The translations under genes and the position numbers were made by a program. 60,488 nucleotides of DNA from an uncultured Collinsella sp. (GTDB taxonomy: Bacteria > Actinomycetota > Coriobacteriia > Coriobacteriales > Coriobacteriaceae): the NCBI GenBank assembly GCA_900552705.1, contig USAX01000001.1, positions 1 through 60,488 of the forward strand. Reading direction: 5' to 3'. Every line of letters begins with the position of its first letter. Positions within the stretch are counted from its first letter, which is position 1. Shown here piece after piece: positions 8,623-19,243 of this stretch. The notes under the pieces were generated by a model. It made no database searches and was not told where the DNA came from. It saw nothing but the letters and a program-made list of their open reading frames with translations.

Positions 8623-9814
8623 GACCGCGCTTCGCATGGCGCTCGCGCACCCGTTCTACCTGCTCATCTATACGGTGTTCATCTCGCTCATGGGCGTATT
8701 CATCGCGGCTTCGGTGAGCTGGAACTCGTCGCAGCTTACCGAGTACAAGCCCTACGACACCAACGTGATCGTGGTCGACCGCGACAATAGCGACCTTTCG
8801 CGGGCGCTTACCAAGCACCTGGGCTCACGCTTTGACCTGGTCACGGGCGTCGGCGACGACACATACGACCTTGCCGACGCGCTCTCGAAGAGCAACAGCG
8901 CCAAAGGCAGCGCCGACTGCGTGTTCTTTATCCCGGAGGGGTTTGAGGACGATCTTGTTGCAGCCGCCCGCGCGGGGGAGTCCCTGCCCAAGCTCGACGT
9001 GACCTATGGTTCCGGCACCATGGCGGCGGCGCTTTCGTCTGCCGAGGCCTCGCGGTGGATCTCGCTCGCGGGCGCTGCGGCCGCACTAGAGCCCGCTGCC
9101 TCCAACGGCGACGTCGCAAGGGCCGCCGAGCACGCGGCCGCAAAGCGCGCGGAGGTCCAGATCGAGCAGGTCAAGGTCGACTCGACTGCTGCTACCACGC
9201 TCGAGTCGTACTTCAACTTTGGCGCGTACGCGATCATCTCGTCGGTCATCGTGTCGGTGGGACTGGTGTTTTCGGGCATGAACGAGCCCGAGCGCGTGCG
9301 CCGCATGGATGCCAGCCCGGTCTCTGAGCGCCAGCGTTCGCTCGCTGTGTTCGCGGCCGCCGCCGTGCTCACCGTCTGCATCTGGCTCGTGTCGAGCATG
9401 ATGGGCGTCGTGGGCTTTGCCAGCGCGGTTGCCGAGGTCGGCGTGGGTCGCGTGTGCCTGGCGCTGGCGGCAACGTTTGCCCTGGCGTGCACGCCGCTGG
9501 CCGTTGGCTTTACGCTGTCGAGCCTGGGCGCTCGCGAGGAGTTGCTCAACGGTGTGGGCAACTTGCTCGGCTTGCTCATGACGTTTTTGGGCGGCGCCTG
9601 GATGCCATTGTCGCTGATGGGTCCGGCCGTGCAGACGGCGGCGCACTTTGTGCCGACGTATTGGGTGAACGATGCGATCGGCAAGGCGCTTGCCTCGGAC
9701 CTGACGTCTGCTGTGTTGGGCGACATCGCCTGCGACCTGGGCGTCACGGTGCTCTTTGCCGCGGCCATCGCCGCCGTAGGCCTAGCCCTCGCCTACAACA
9801 AATCCCGCGCCTAG
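8609..9814 (+). CDS. ABC-2 type permease (second)
   Basis: VVDRD, FLGGAWMP and PTYW motifs; overlaps the previous gene. Confidence 0.85.
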   Translation: MSTFKTALRMALAHPFYLLIYTVFISLMGVFIAASVSWNSSQLTEYKPYDTNVIVVDRDNSDLSRALTKHLGSRFDLVTGVGDDTYDLADALSKSNSAKGSADCVFFIPEGFEDDLVAAARAGESLPKLDVTYGSGTMAAALSSAEASRWISLAGAAAALEPAASNGDVARAAEHAAAKRAEVQIEQVKVDSTAATTLESYFNFGAYAIISSVIVSVGLVFSGMNEPERVRRMDASPVSERQRSLAVFAAAAVLTVCIWLVSSMMGVVGFASAVAEVGVGRVCLALAATFALACTPLAVGFTLSSLGAREELLNGVGNLLGLLMTFLGGAWMPLSLMGPAVQTAAHFVPTYWVNDAIGKALASDLTSAVLGDIACDLGVTVLFAAAIAAVGLALAYNKSRA

Positions 9815-9819
9815 CCACC

Positions 9820-9957
9820 TAGTCATTGGGGACAGTCTTTGCCGATTCGCCGGCAGGGCTGGCAGGGATTGTCCCAATATGTCGGCACTTGGGGACCACT
9901 CATTGGGGACAGACTTAAATGAGCGATTTCACTCATTTAAGTCTGTCCCCAATGAGT
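9820..9957. repeat. Cluster of GGGGAC-tagged palindromic repeats
   Basis: Perfect 26-bp inverted repeat 9898-9923/9932-9957, plus a TCATTGGGGACAG unit starting at 9820. Confidence 0.85.
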
Positions 9958-9964
9958 AGGTTGG

Positions 9965-10013
9965 AAAATAGTTCGCGCACGTCGCTTAAAAATAGTTCGC
10001 CCGGGTTTACTAT
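9965..10013 (+). promoter_or_regulatory. Direct-repeat operator candidate and -10 box
   Basis: AAAATAGTTCGC at 9965 and 9989; TACTAT at 10008. Confidence 0.45.
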
Positions 10014-10054
10014 TAGCCTAGAAAAGTAGCAGAAGGCTAACAACGGGGGATAGC

Positions 10055-10768
<714 letters not shown>

Positions 10769-10776
10769 GCGGCGCC

Positions 10777-13443
10777 ATGACACCTCTCGCAAAACGTCTC
10801 CCGCGCGAGCTGCGCCGCAATATCGGCAAGTACCTGGGCATCTTTTTGCTTATGTGCGGAAGCATCGCCCTCACGTCGGGCTTTTTGCTCGCGGCGCATT
10901 CCATCGGTTGCCTCATTGACGACATGCGCGATGAGTATACGATCGAGGACGGCCGCGTGACTACCTCCTTCGAGGCCACCAAAGACCAGCTCAAGGCTGC
11001 CGAGGACGCGGCGGAGGGCGTCGGCGGCGTTACGCTCTACAAGAACTTCTCTATCGACGCCATCATCAAAAAGGCGGCTGGCGACGACGGCACCAAGCGG
11101 ACCCTGCGCACCTATGCGTACCGCGCTAAGGTGGACATTGCGTCCTACTGTGAGGGCAAGGAACCCAAGGCGGACGACGAGGTGGCCATCGACCGCGTCT
11201 TTGCCACCAATAACGACCTCGCCATCGGCGATAAGGTCGAGCTCGAGGGGCGCACCTACACCATCTGCGGCATCATGACCCAGCCCGATAGCCAGGCGTT
11301 GTTCCTCGACAATTCGGACTTTACGGTGAACACCATCACGTATGGCGTAGCCGAGGTCACCGACGCCGGTTTTGTTGCGCTCGAGGATGCCGGCGGCGCA
11401 CCCGCCTATACGTACTCCTTTACCTTTAACGACCGCGATCTCCCCACCGCGGATCGCATCGATGCGGAGCAGGATATGGTCGAGGCGCTGACCGATGCCG
11501 ATGCGCGCGTGGACGATCTGATCGATGCCGATTCCAATCAGGGCATTGGCTATGCGCGCGACGACGTGGACGGCGACGCCATGATGTGGATGACGTTGCT
11601 CGACATCATCATCGTGATCATGGCATTTGTCTTTGTGGTGCTCACCGACGCCACCATCGAGGAGGAGAGCGCCATCATCGGCACGCTGCTCGCCAGCGGC
11701 TATCGCCGTCGCGAGATCGTGCTGCACTACCTGGCACTTCCCGCCATCGTGGGCGTGCTCGCGGCACTTTTGGGCACCGCGCTCGGCATTGTGTTCTTTA
11801 CCGAGCCCATGCGCAGTCTCTATTACGGTTCGTACAGCCTGCCTCCCTTCCAGGTGTACTGGAGCTGGGAGATCTTCGTGAAGTGCGCCGTGGTTCCCGC
11901 CGCCGCGCTCATCCTCATCACGCTGGTGGGCCTGCTTCGCAAAATGGGCAAGACGCCGTTGCAGTTCCTTCGTCACGAGGCGAGCGGCAAATCGGGCACC
12001 AAGCGTGGCCTGCGGCTGCCGGAGCGCATGGGTTTTGTTTCCCGCTTCCGCCTGCGTATCTTCCTGCGCAACCTGGGCAACTTTGCCACGCTCTTCGTGG
12101 GCATTGCGTTTGCGTCGCTGCTACTGCTCTTTGGCCTGGCGATTCTGCCCACGATGACGCACTATGCGGACAACCTGGAGACGAGCCTGGTCGCCGAGCA
12201 TCAGTACACACTCAAGGCTCCGCTAGAGCTTGAGGGCACTGCCGGGGAGCGCGAGCAGTGGTCGGCACTCGAGCGCTTGCAGTCGGTTGACGGCACACTG
12301 CTCTCCGCCGCCCAGGATGCCGATGACGAACTTGACGACGCGGCCGATACGGCGCAGACGGCAGCCGATGCCGCGACCGCATCTCCGTCTGCCGAGAGCC
12401 TGGCTGCAGCGCAGGATGCGCTTGCTAAGGTCAAGGACAAGAAGGATGCGCTCTACGCGCGCCTCGACGATCTTGCCGATGCCCTCGGCTGCGACCGCGA
12501 TGAGGCCATCGACCTGATCGACAAGGCCTCTAAGATTGACACCGACAACGACGACATCCACCCGGTCAATACGACCGACAACGGCGCGGGCGCAATCGCG
12601 CAGGCCGAGAAATATGCCGGTTACCAGCTGCAATACGACCGCGGCGATGGTAATGGCGAGGAGACGATTTCCGTCTATGGCATTTCATCTCATTCGCGCT
12701 ACTGGAAGAACCTCGATGTCGGCGACGGGCGCGTCGTCTTTGGCGGCGGTCTGCTCGATAAGTTTGGCTGGAGCGAGGGCCAGAAGGTCGAGCTTCGCGA
12801 CAAGTACGAGGCTCGGGATTATTCTCTTGAGTACGCGGGTAAGGACTGCATCTGGGGTTCAAAGTCGGACATGAATATCTATATGAGCATCGATGACTTT
12901 AACGAGCTGTTCGACAACGACGCCGCCTACTTTAACGGCTATGTGAGCGACGAGAAGCTCGACCTCGACGCGCGCTACTTTGCCGGCGACACCACGCCCG
13001 ACGACATGCGCGCCGTGGGTGACCAGTTCATCGGCATGATGAGCAAAATGATCGGAATGATGATCGGGCTCGCGGTGTTTATCTTCCTGCTGTTTATGTA
13101 CCTGCTGACCAAAGCGGTGATCGACCACAGCGCCCGTTCGATCAGCTACATGAAAGTCTTTGGCTATCGCGATAGTGAGATCTCGCATCTGTACATCCGC
13201 TCGATCACGCTGTGCGTGGCGGCGTCGCTCGTGCTGAGCCTGCCGGTCATTATTGGCTCGCTCACGGCCATCTTCCGCTCGATGCTGCTCGCCTACAACG
13301 GCAATATCGAGATCTACGTGCCCGCTTGGTCCATGGCTGCATGCGTCGGCATTGGCTTTGCGACCTACCTGGTCGTGGCGCTGCTACACACGCGCTCTAT
13401 CAAGCGCGTCGGCCTGGCCGAAGCCCTCAAGGTGCAGGAGTAG
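10777..13443 (+). CDS. FtsX/MacB-like ABC permease with two FtsX domains
   Basis: IGTLLASGY and ISYMKVFGY FtsX signatures; start at MTPLAKR directly after the ATPase. Confidence 0.88.
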   Translation: MTPLAKRLPRELRRNIGKYLGIFLLMCGSIALTSGFLLAAHSIGCLIDDMRDEYTIEDGRVTTSFEATKDQLKAAEDAAEGVGGVTLYKNFSIDAIIKKAAGDDGTKRTLRTYAYRAKVDIASYCEGKEPKADDEVAIDRVFATNNDLAIGDKVELEGRTYTICGIMTQPDSQALFLDNSDFTVNTITYGVAEVTDAGFVALEDAGGAPAYTYSFTFNDRDLPTADRIDAEQDMVEALTDADARVDDLIDADSNQGIGYARDDVDGDAMMWMTLLDIIIVIMAFVFVVLTDATIEEESAIIGTLLASGYRRREIVLHYLALPAIVGVLAALLGTALGIVFFTEPMRSLYYGSYSLPPFQVYWSWEIFVKCAVVPAAALILITLVGLLRKMGKTPLQFLRHEASGKSGTKRGLRLPERMGFVSRFRLRIFLRNLGNFATLFVGIAFASLLLLFGLAILPTMTHYADNLETSLVAEHQYTLKAPLELEGTAGEREQWSALERLQSVDGTLLSAAQDADDELDDAADTAQTAADAATASPSAESLAAAQDALAKVKDKKDALYARLDDLADALGCDRDEAIDLIDKASKIDTDNDDIHPVNTTDNGAGAIAQAEKYAGYQLQYDRGDGNGEETISVYGISSHSRYWKNLDVGDGRVVFGGGLLDKFGWSEGQKVELRDKYEARDYSLEYAGKDCIWGSKSDMNIYMSIDDFNELFDNDAAYFNGYVSDEKLDLDARYFAGDTTPDDMRAVGDQFIGMMSKMIGMMIGLAVFIFLLFMYLLTKAVIDHSARSISYMKVFGYRDSEISHLYIRSITLCVAASLVLSLPVIIGSLTAIFRSMLLAYNGNIEIYVPAWSMAACVGIGFATYLVVALLHTRSIKRVGLAEALKVQE

Positions 13444-13514
13444 TCATCGGGGACAGTCTTTGCCGATTCGCCGGCCGGGCGGCAAGCACTCATTTAAGTC
13501 TGTCCCCAATGAGT
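13441..13514. repeat. GGGGAC-tagged repeat, direct copy of parts of the 9820-9957 cluster
   Basis: 13441-13480 matches 9820-9859 at 38/40; 13487-13514 is identical to 9930-9957. Confidence 0.85.
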
Positions 13515-13595
13515 GGCCGTGCTTGACTTCAACCCCACTTCACCGGGTACCATCCTCTATGTCTGTAACGCCATATAGACCGAGGGGATAGATCT

Positions 13596-14801
13596 ATGAC
13601 CGCAACCGCACCCGCAGCACCGGCAAAGGTGTACTTCACCAACCTGCGCACGCATGCTCGCGAGAGCCAGCTCGACAAACTCAAGCGCCTCATTCGCCGC
13701 GCCGGTATCGAGCAGATCGACTTCGAGAACAAGTTTGTCGCCATCAAGATTCACTTTGGCGAGCTGGGCAACCTGAGCTTTTTGCGCCCCAACTACGCCC
13801 GCGCCGTCGCGGACGTCGTGAAGGAGCTGGGCGGCAAGCCCTTCCTTACCGACTGCAACACGCTCTATGTGGGTAGCCGCAAAAATGCGCTCGAGCACAT
13901 CGACACCGCCTACCAGAACGGCTTTACCCCGTATGCCACGGGTTGCCAGATCATCATCGCCGACGGCCTCAAGGGTACCGACGAGGCGCTCGTCCCGGTC
14001 GAGGGTGGCGAGTACGTGCGCGAGGCCAAGATCGGTCAGGCGCTCATGGACGCCGACATTGTGATCAGCCTCACCCACTTTAAGGGCCATGAGCAGGCCG
14101 GCTTTGGCGGCGCCATGAAGAACCTGGGCATGGGCGGCGGCAGTCGTGCTGGCAAGATGGAACAACATGCCGCCGGCAAGCCGAGCGTCGATACCACCAA
14201 CTGCGTAGGTTGCCGTGCCTGCGAAAAGATCTGTGCGCACAACGCCATCACGTTTGACGACACGCGCGAGCGCGAGCTTGCCAACGGCAACACCCGCACG
14301 GTTCACGTCGCCGCTATCGACCACGATCGCTGCGTGGGCTGCGGACGCTGCATTGCGGCGTGCAACCAGGACTGCATCAAGCCCGACTATGATGCCGCGG
14401 CCGACGTGCTCAACTACAAGATCGCTGAGTACACGAAGGCCATCGTCGACGGCCGCCCGAGCTTCCACATCTCGCTCGCCATGGACATCAGCCCCAACTG
14501 CGACTGCCACCCCGAAAACGACACACCCATCGTCAACGACATCGGCATGTTCGCGAGCTTCGACCCGGTCGCCATCGACCAGGCCTGCGCCGATGCCGTC
14601 CTGGCGTCCGAGCCGCTGCCTAACACCGAGCTTACCGACAGCGCCGCCAAGATGGAGCATAACCACGAGCATCTGGAGGGCGAGCAGGCCAAGGATCCCT
14701 TCTGCATCACGCATCCCGACACCGACTGGCGTGCGTGCATCGCGCACGCCGAAAAGATCGGCCTGGGCACGAGCAAGTATGAGCTCATCAAGGTCAAGTA
14801 G
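13596..14801 (+). CDS. DUF362 Fe-S protein with 2x[4Fe-4S]
   Basis: KIHFGE, HFKGH, KNLGMG, CVGCRACEKIC, CVGCGRCIAAC, CDC and DPVAID. Confidence 0.88.
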   Translation: MTATAPAAPAKVYFTNLRTHARESQLDKLKRLIRRAGIEQIDFENKFVAIKIHFGELGNLSFLRPNYARAVADVVKELGGKPFLTDCNTLYVGSRKNALEHIDTAYQNGFTPYATGCQIIIADGLKGTDEALVPVEGGEYVREAKIGQALMDADIVISLTHFKGHEQAGFGGAMKNLGMGGGSRAGKMEQHAAGKPSVDTTNCVGCRACEKICAHNAITFDDTRERELANGNTRTVHVAAIDHDRCVGCGRCIAACNQDCIKPDYDAAADVLNYKIAEYTKAIVDGRPSFHISLAMDISPNCDCHPENDTPIVNDIGMFASFDPVAIDQACADAVLASEPLPNTELTDSAAKMEHNHEHLEGEQAKDPFCITHPDTDWRACIAHAEKIGLGTSKYELIKVK

Positions 14802-14848
14802 CGCCTAGCTATTGGACATATCAAGCGCTTTTGTAGCGCAACGTTAGA

Positions 14849-14888
14849 AAAACCGCCTGTGAGCACAGCGCCCACGGGCGGCTTTTTG
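14849..14888. terminator. Bidirectional intrinsic terminator candidate
   Basis: aaaaccgcctgtg...cacgggcggcttttt between convergent genes. Confidence 0.55.
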
Positions 14889-14931
14889 GAAGTGCTAGGG
14901 GCCAGATAGACCAGTGAACCGTACTATTTCC

Positions 14932-15897
14932 CTAAAAATTCTTGTCGAGGAAGTCGTCGACCGTATTCCAGTAGAGCTCGGGGTCGACTTGCGCGCTCTT
15001 GGCGTGGGTGGCGCCGTGGATAGTGAGCTTTTGCTTGACCTTGCTGGCGCACGCCTCGTAGTTTTGGTCGAGCATGCTGTATGGTACAAAGGTGTCTTGG
15101 TCACCGTGGATAAAAAGCATGGGAACCGTCGCGCGCTTGAGCTGTTCCACGCTGCTCGCCTTATGAAAGTCGTAGCCTGCGCGCACGTTGCATACCAGGT
15201 TGGCCACATCGAGCAAGGGAAAACTGGGCAGGCCAAATACATCCTTGAGCTGCAGAGAAAACTCGTCCCAAACGCTTGTATAGCCGCAGTCCTCGATAAT
15301 GCATTTCACATTTGCGGGCAGAGATTCCCCCGCTACGTTCATGGCAGTCGCCGCGCCCATCGACTCGCCAAAGACCAGGATGCGCGCCTTGGGATCGGCC
15401 GCAACAATCCGCCCGATCCACGCGACGACATCGAGTCGCTCGGGCCAGCCCATGCCGATGTAGTCACCGCCGGAACGCTCGTGGGCGCGGGCGGCGGGTG
15501 CGAGTACGTTCATGCCGCGGTCGTGGAATCGCTTGACGTATCGGGCCATACCGATGGGCTCGTTGGTATATCCATGCAGGCAGACGGCGTAGTCGTGCGT
15601 GCTCTCCGACGCAGCAAAATACCAGGCGGCAAGCTCGGTCCCGTCGTCCGCGGTGAGGCTGCTGCTCTCGCGGTTTTCCTTAAACCACGCCCGTGCCTCG
15701 CCCTCCTCGGCGTCAATCTGCTCGCCCTTTTCGGCGTCCTTGCCGTCCTGCATCATCTTCATGGTGTAGGGCGCTTGGGGATTCAGGGCAAAGTCGAACA
15801 AGAAGTTGCCGGCAAACCCCAGCAGCGCGACAACGAGCACCAGTGCAACGATGCCGGCTATCTTGAGCTTTCGATGGGAATGTGCGTTTTGAGCCAT
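14932..15897 (-). CDS. Membrane-anchored alpha/beta hydrolase (YqkD-like)
   Basis: N-terminal TM, LHGY, nucleophile elbow GESMG, HGDQD and catalytic His (THA). Confidence 0.88.
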   Translation of the reverse strand: MAQNAHSHRKLKIAGIVALVLVVALLGFAGNFLFDFALNPQAPYTMKMMQDGKDAEKGEQIDAEEGEARAWFKENRESSSLTADDGTELAAWYFAASESTHDYAVCLHGYTNEPIGMARYVKRFHDRGMNVLAPAARAHERSGGDYIGMGWPERLDVVAWIGRIVAADPKARILVFGESMGAATAMNVAGESLPANVKCIIEDCGYTSVWDEFSLQLKDVFGLPSFPLLDVANLVCNVRAGYDFHKASSVEQLKRATVPMLFIHGDQDTFVPYSMLDQNYEACASKVKQKLTIHGATHAKSAQVDPELYWNTVDDFLDKNF

Positions 15898-16083
15898 GCG
15901 GTATTCTCCTATAAGATGTTAATGCATCAACATTTAATGCAAGCGCATTATGGACGTTCGCCGTTGATGCGTCAACAGGCAAAGAATGGGTAAACAAAGG
16001 GTCACGTATGGTGCAAATTTCGCACGCACCCAGACGCTTTGATATAGTGTTGAGAACTCTTTACGTTGGAGGATGTAACCGGC

Positions 16084-16767
16084 ATGTCCGATTCGAGCGA
16101 CAGTTCCAAGCCGCGACCCAAGGCCGCGGCCGTTCCGCACTACACGGTGGGCGAGGAGATCATGAACTCCGTCACCCATGGTGTCGGCTGCTTGCTGGGT
16201 ATCGCGGGTCTGGTGCTCCTGATCGTATTCGCTGCACTGCGCGGCGGTGGCCCGGCCCACATGGCCGCGGCAATCGTCTACGGCGCCAGTATTATTCTCG
16301 AATACCTAGCCTCCACGCTCTACCATGCGATTCAACCCGCGCGCGCCAAGCGCGTGTTCCGCATCATCGACCACAGCTGCATCTACCTGCTCATAGCCGG
16401 CAGCTATACGCCGTTTTGCCTCATCACGCTTGCAAACGACGGCGGCGCCGTGCTGTTCTTTGCCGTATGGGCCATCGCCATTATCGGCATCGCCCTCGAG
16501 TGCTTTATGCGCGAGCGTCAACCGCACTGGGTAAGCGGCCTGGTCTACCTGCTGATGGGCTGGCTCGTTGTCTTTAAGCTGCCCGAACTTGTGGCGCTGC
16601 TCAACCCCGTGGCACTTGCCCTGCTCGCCGTCGGCGGCGTGTGCTACACCGCGGGCGTGCCGTTCTATATCGCCAAAAACGTGCGCTATCTGCACAGTGT
16701 TTTCCACTTGTGGGTGCTCGCCGGCAGCATCTTCCAGTTCATGGCGGTGATCCTCTTCGTAATCTAG
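16084..16767 (+). CDS. Hemolysin III/PAQR family membrane protein
   Basis: EEIMNSVTH, STLYH, DHSCIYLLIAGSYTP and HSVFHLWV. Confidence 0.92.
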   Translation: MSDSSDSSKPRPKAAAVPHYTVGEEIMNSVTHGVGCLLGIAGLVLLIVFAALRGGGPAHMAAAIVYGASIILEYLASTLYHAIQPARAKRVFRIIDHSCIYLLIAGSYTPFCLITLANDGGAVLFFAVWAIAIIGIALECFMRERQPHWVSGLVYLLMGWLVVFKLPELVALLNPVALALLAVGGVCYTAGVPFYIAKNVRYLHSVFHLWVLAGSIFQFMAVILFVI

Positions 16768-16875
16768 CGACCGCGCCCACGGCCCCGCTCGCACGGGCGA
16801 CCGGCGCAATTGCCCTATCCGTCACCTACGCTTACTACCCAACGTCCCGAATCTTGGAGGTTCGAGAAACTCCCG

Positions 16876-18249
16876 ATGGACATAACCATCTCCCTTATCA
16901 CCACCCTCGTTTTGACCCTCATCAACGGCTACTTCTCTATGTCCGAGATGGCTCTCACCACGGCTAAGCGCGCCGTGCTGGAGCACGATGCCGAGGAGGG
17001 CGATAAGCGCGCCGAGCGCGCCGTCCAGCTCGCCGCCGACTCCGATCAGCTGTTGGCTACCATCCAGGTCGCCATCACGCTCGTGGGCTTCGCCTCGTCC
17101 GCCGTCGCCTCGACGAGCCTGTCCGATCCGCTCGCCACGTGGCTCATGAGCTTTGGCATCGCGCCGCTTTCCGCCATCGCAAGCGGCCTGGCGCCGGTCA
17201 TCATCACCGTCGCCGTCGCCTTTGTGTCCATCGTGATCGGCGAGCTCGTCCCCAAGCGCATCGGCCTGGCCAATGCCGAGGGCGTGTCCAAGCAGGTCGT
17301 GGGACCGTTGTCGTTTTTCCAAAAGATCGCCCGCCCGCTCGTGTGGCTGACCGGTGCCTGCTCCGACGGCCTAGCCCGCATCCTGCGCATCAAGAGCGCC
17401 GACGACCGTCAGAACGTCTCGGAAGAAGAGATCAAGTACATGGTCTCGGAGCAGGACGACCTGCTCGACGAGGAAAAGCGCATGATCCACGAGATCTTCG
17501 ATCTGGGCGACACCGTGGCTCGCGAGGTCATGGTGCCGCGCGTGGACACCACCATGTGCGAGGACGACGAGACGGTCGCCGACGTGCTGTCCACCATGCG
17601 CCAGACCGGCTTCAGCCGCATCCCCGTCTATCACGAGGACCCCGACAACGTCGCGGGCATCGCGCACATCAAGGACCTGATCCAGCCCGCGCTCGACGGC
17701 AAGGGCGACCAGCCCATCGCCGATTACCTGCGCGATGCCACCTTTGTGCCCGACACCAAGGACATCCTGCCGCTGCTGTCAGAGATGCAGACCTCGCACG
17801 ACCAGATCGTGGTCGTCGTGGACGAGTACGGCGGCACGGCCGGCATCATCACCATCGAAGACATCGTCGAGGAGATCGTCGGCGAGATCGAGGACGAGTT
17901 CGACCCCGACAACAAGTATCTCACGCGCCTTTCGCGCCGCGAGTGGCTCGTCGATGGGCGTTTTTCGTGCGATGACGCGATTGAGCTTGGTTGGCCGCTC
18001 GAGGAAAGCGATGATTATGAGACCATCGCCGGCTGGATCTTGGAGCTTTGTGACTCGGTGCCCGACATCGGAGAGGTGTTTGAGGTCGCGGGGTACAAGT
18101 TTAAAGTGCAGTCGATGCGTGGCCAGCGCATCTCGCTCATTCGCGTGATCGCTCCGGCCGAAACCGATAAGAAGGATTCCGAGTCTTCGGTAGACGAGCC
18201 GACGACGTCGGGTGCGGGTTCCGCGAATCCGCACGACGGCGACGAGTAG
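16876..18249 (+). CDS. CNNM/CorC-HlyC family protein (DUF21-CBS-CorC), probable Mg2+ exporter
   Basis: FSMSEMAL, GELVPKR, VMVPR, SRIPV and VDEYGG...EDIVEEIVGEI. Confidence 0.9.
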   Translation: MDITISLITTLVLTLINGYFSMSEMALTTAKRAVLEHDAEEGDKRAERAVQLAADSDQLLATIQVAITLVGFASSAVASTSLSDPLATWLMSFGIAPLSAIASGLAPVIITVAVAFVSIVIGELVPKRIGLANAEGVSKQVVGPLSFFQKIARPLVWLTGACSDGLARILRIKSADDRQNVSEEEIKYMVSEQDDLLDEEKRMIHEIFDLGDTVAREVMVPRVDTTMCEDDETVADVLSTMRQTGFSRIPVYHEDPDNVAGIAHIKDLIQPALDGKGDQPIADYLRDATFVPDTKDILPLLSEMQTSHDQIVVVVDEYGGTAGIITIEDIVEEIVGEIEDEFDPDNKYLTRLSRREWLVDGRFSCDDAIELGWPLEESDDYETIAGWILELCDSVPDIGEVFEVAGYKFKVQSMRGQRISLIRVIAPAETDKKDSESSVDEPTTSGAGSANPHDGDE

Positions 18250-18273
18250 GACAAGGAAGAGTAGGGGAGAGTT

Positions 18274-19107
18274 ATGGCAGGCCTGTTCAACATCCTTAAG
18301 GTCACCGTCAGCGAGGACAAGATTTGCGCGCATGTGCTGGTGAACCCCGGCATGCCGCTCATGACCTCGGAGGACATCGAGGCCACGGCGCGCGTGTACT
18401 ACCTGGTACCGGCGATTGCCAAGCACCTGTGCCTGGGCGATTCCGGCCGCGAGTTCCAGGACTGCATGGGTCAGACCGAGCTCTGCCACCTGCTGGAGCA
18501 TGTGACGGTTGAGCTCATGAACGAGACCGGTCTTGCCGGTAGCATCTCGTGCGGCCGCACGCGCGTAAGCGAGCATGACGAGCGTGTCTTTGAGGTCGAG
18601 CTTTCGTGCCCCGATGACGCACTGGCCATCGGTGCGCTGTCGTCGGCCACCTTTATGATGGACTGGGCGTACCTGCACGCCGACCAGCCTGCCCCCGACG
18701 TGGAAGGCACGGTCGCGGGCCTACGCAACCTGGTGCTGGGCATGCGCGCCGAGGCCGAGGGCAAGGATCCTCACGAGGCCGTCGCCGCTGCGAACGGCGA
18801 AGATACTGCCGAGGACGAGGGCGCTGACGAGGGCGATGTGCCGGTTGACGCCGAGCCCGTTGCCGATGCGACCGCCGAGCCCGTTTCCACCGAGCCCCAG
18901 GGCGTCCCCAACTTTGACGACGAGCCCCAGGTGGCGATTGATACCGAGGGCGCGGTTGCCGAGAACCACGAGGCCTCCGCTGCCGTCTTTGGCGGTGCGG
19001 CGACGGTTCCGGCGGGACCTGCGCATGAGGGCGGCCTGCCGCTCGTGGACGGCGCCGGCGAGGACCCGGGTGCCACGGTGGCCATGCCGGCTATGCCTCA
19101 GGAGTAG
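18274..19107 (+). CDS. Stand-alone cyanophycin-synthetase N-domain-like protein with acidic disordered tail
   Basis: KHLC-x18-HLLEHVTVEL and GRTR resemble the CphA N-domain. Confidence 0.65.
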   Translation: MAGLFNILKVTVSEDKICAHVLVNPGMPLMTSEDIEATARVYYLVPAIAKHLCLGDSGREFQDCMGQTELCHLLEHVTVELMNETGLAGSISCGRTRVSEHDERVFEVELSCPDDALAIGALSSATFMMDWAYLHADQPAPDVEGTVAGLRNLVLGMRAEAEGKDPHEAVAAANGEDTAEDEGADEGDVPVDAEPVADATAEPVSTEPQGVPNFDDEPQVAIDTEGAVAENHEASAAVFGGAATVPAGPAHEGGLPLVDGAGEDPGATVAMPAMPQE

Positions 19108-19243
19108 GCCTACGCGTTTATCACCATCACGTACCTGCGCCTTTGCCGTACGCAGATGAGCGGAGCGGCAAGTGATGCGCTGCGGGTATAATGGACAGCA
19201 TTCAAACGGTGGGCACCGACGTGCCCGCAGGAGAGGAATGATC

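Noticed and set aside
9820..9957. CRISPR or integron attC interpretation of the GGGGAC repeats
   Set aside because: The repeats are dispersed with no regular spacers, no GTTRRRY ends and no integrase.
16084..18249. Haemolysin virulence locus
   Set aside because: HlyIII and HlyC/CorC names are historical; the families are linked to membrane and Mg2+ homeostasis.
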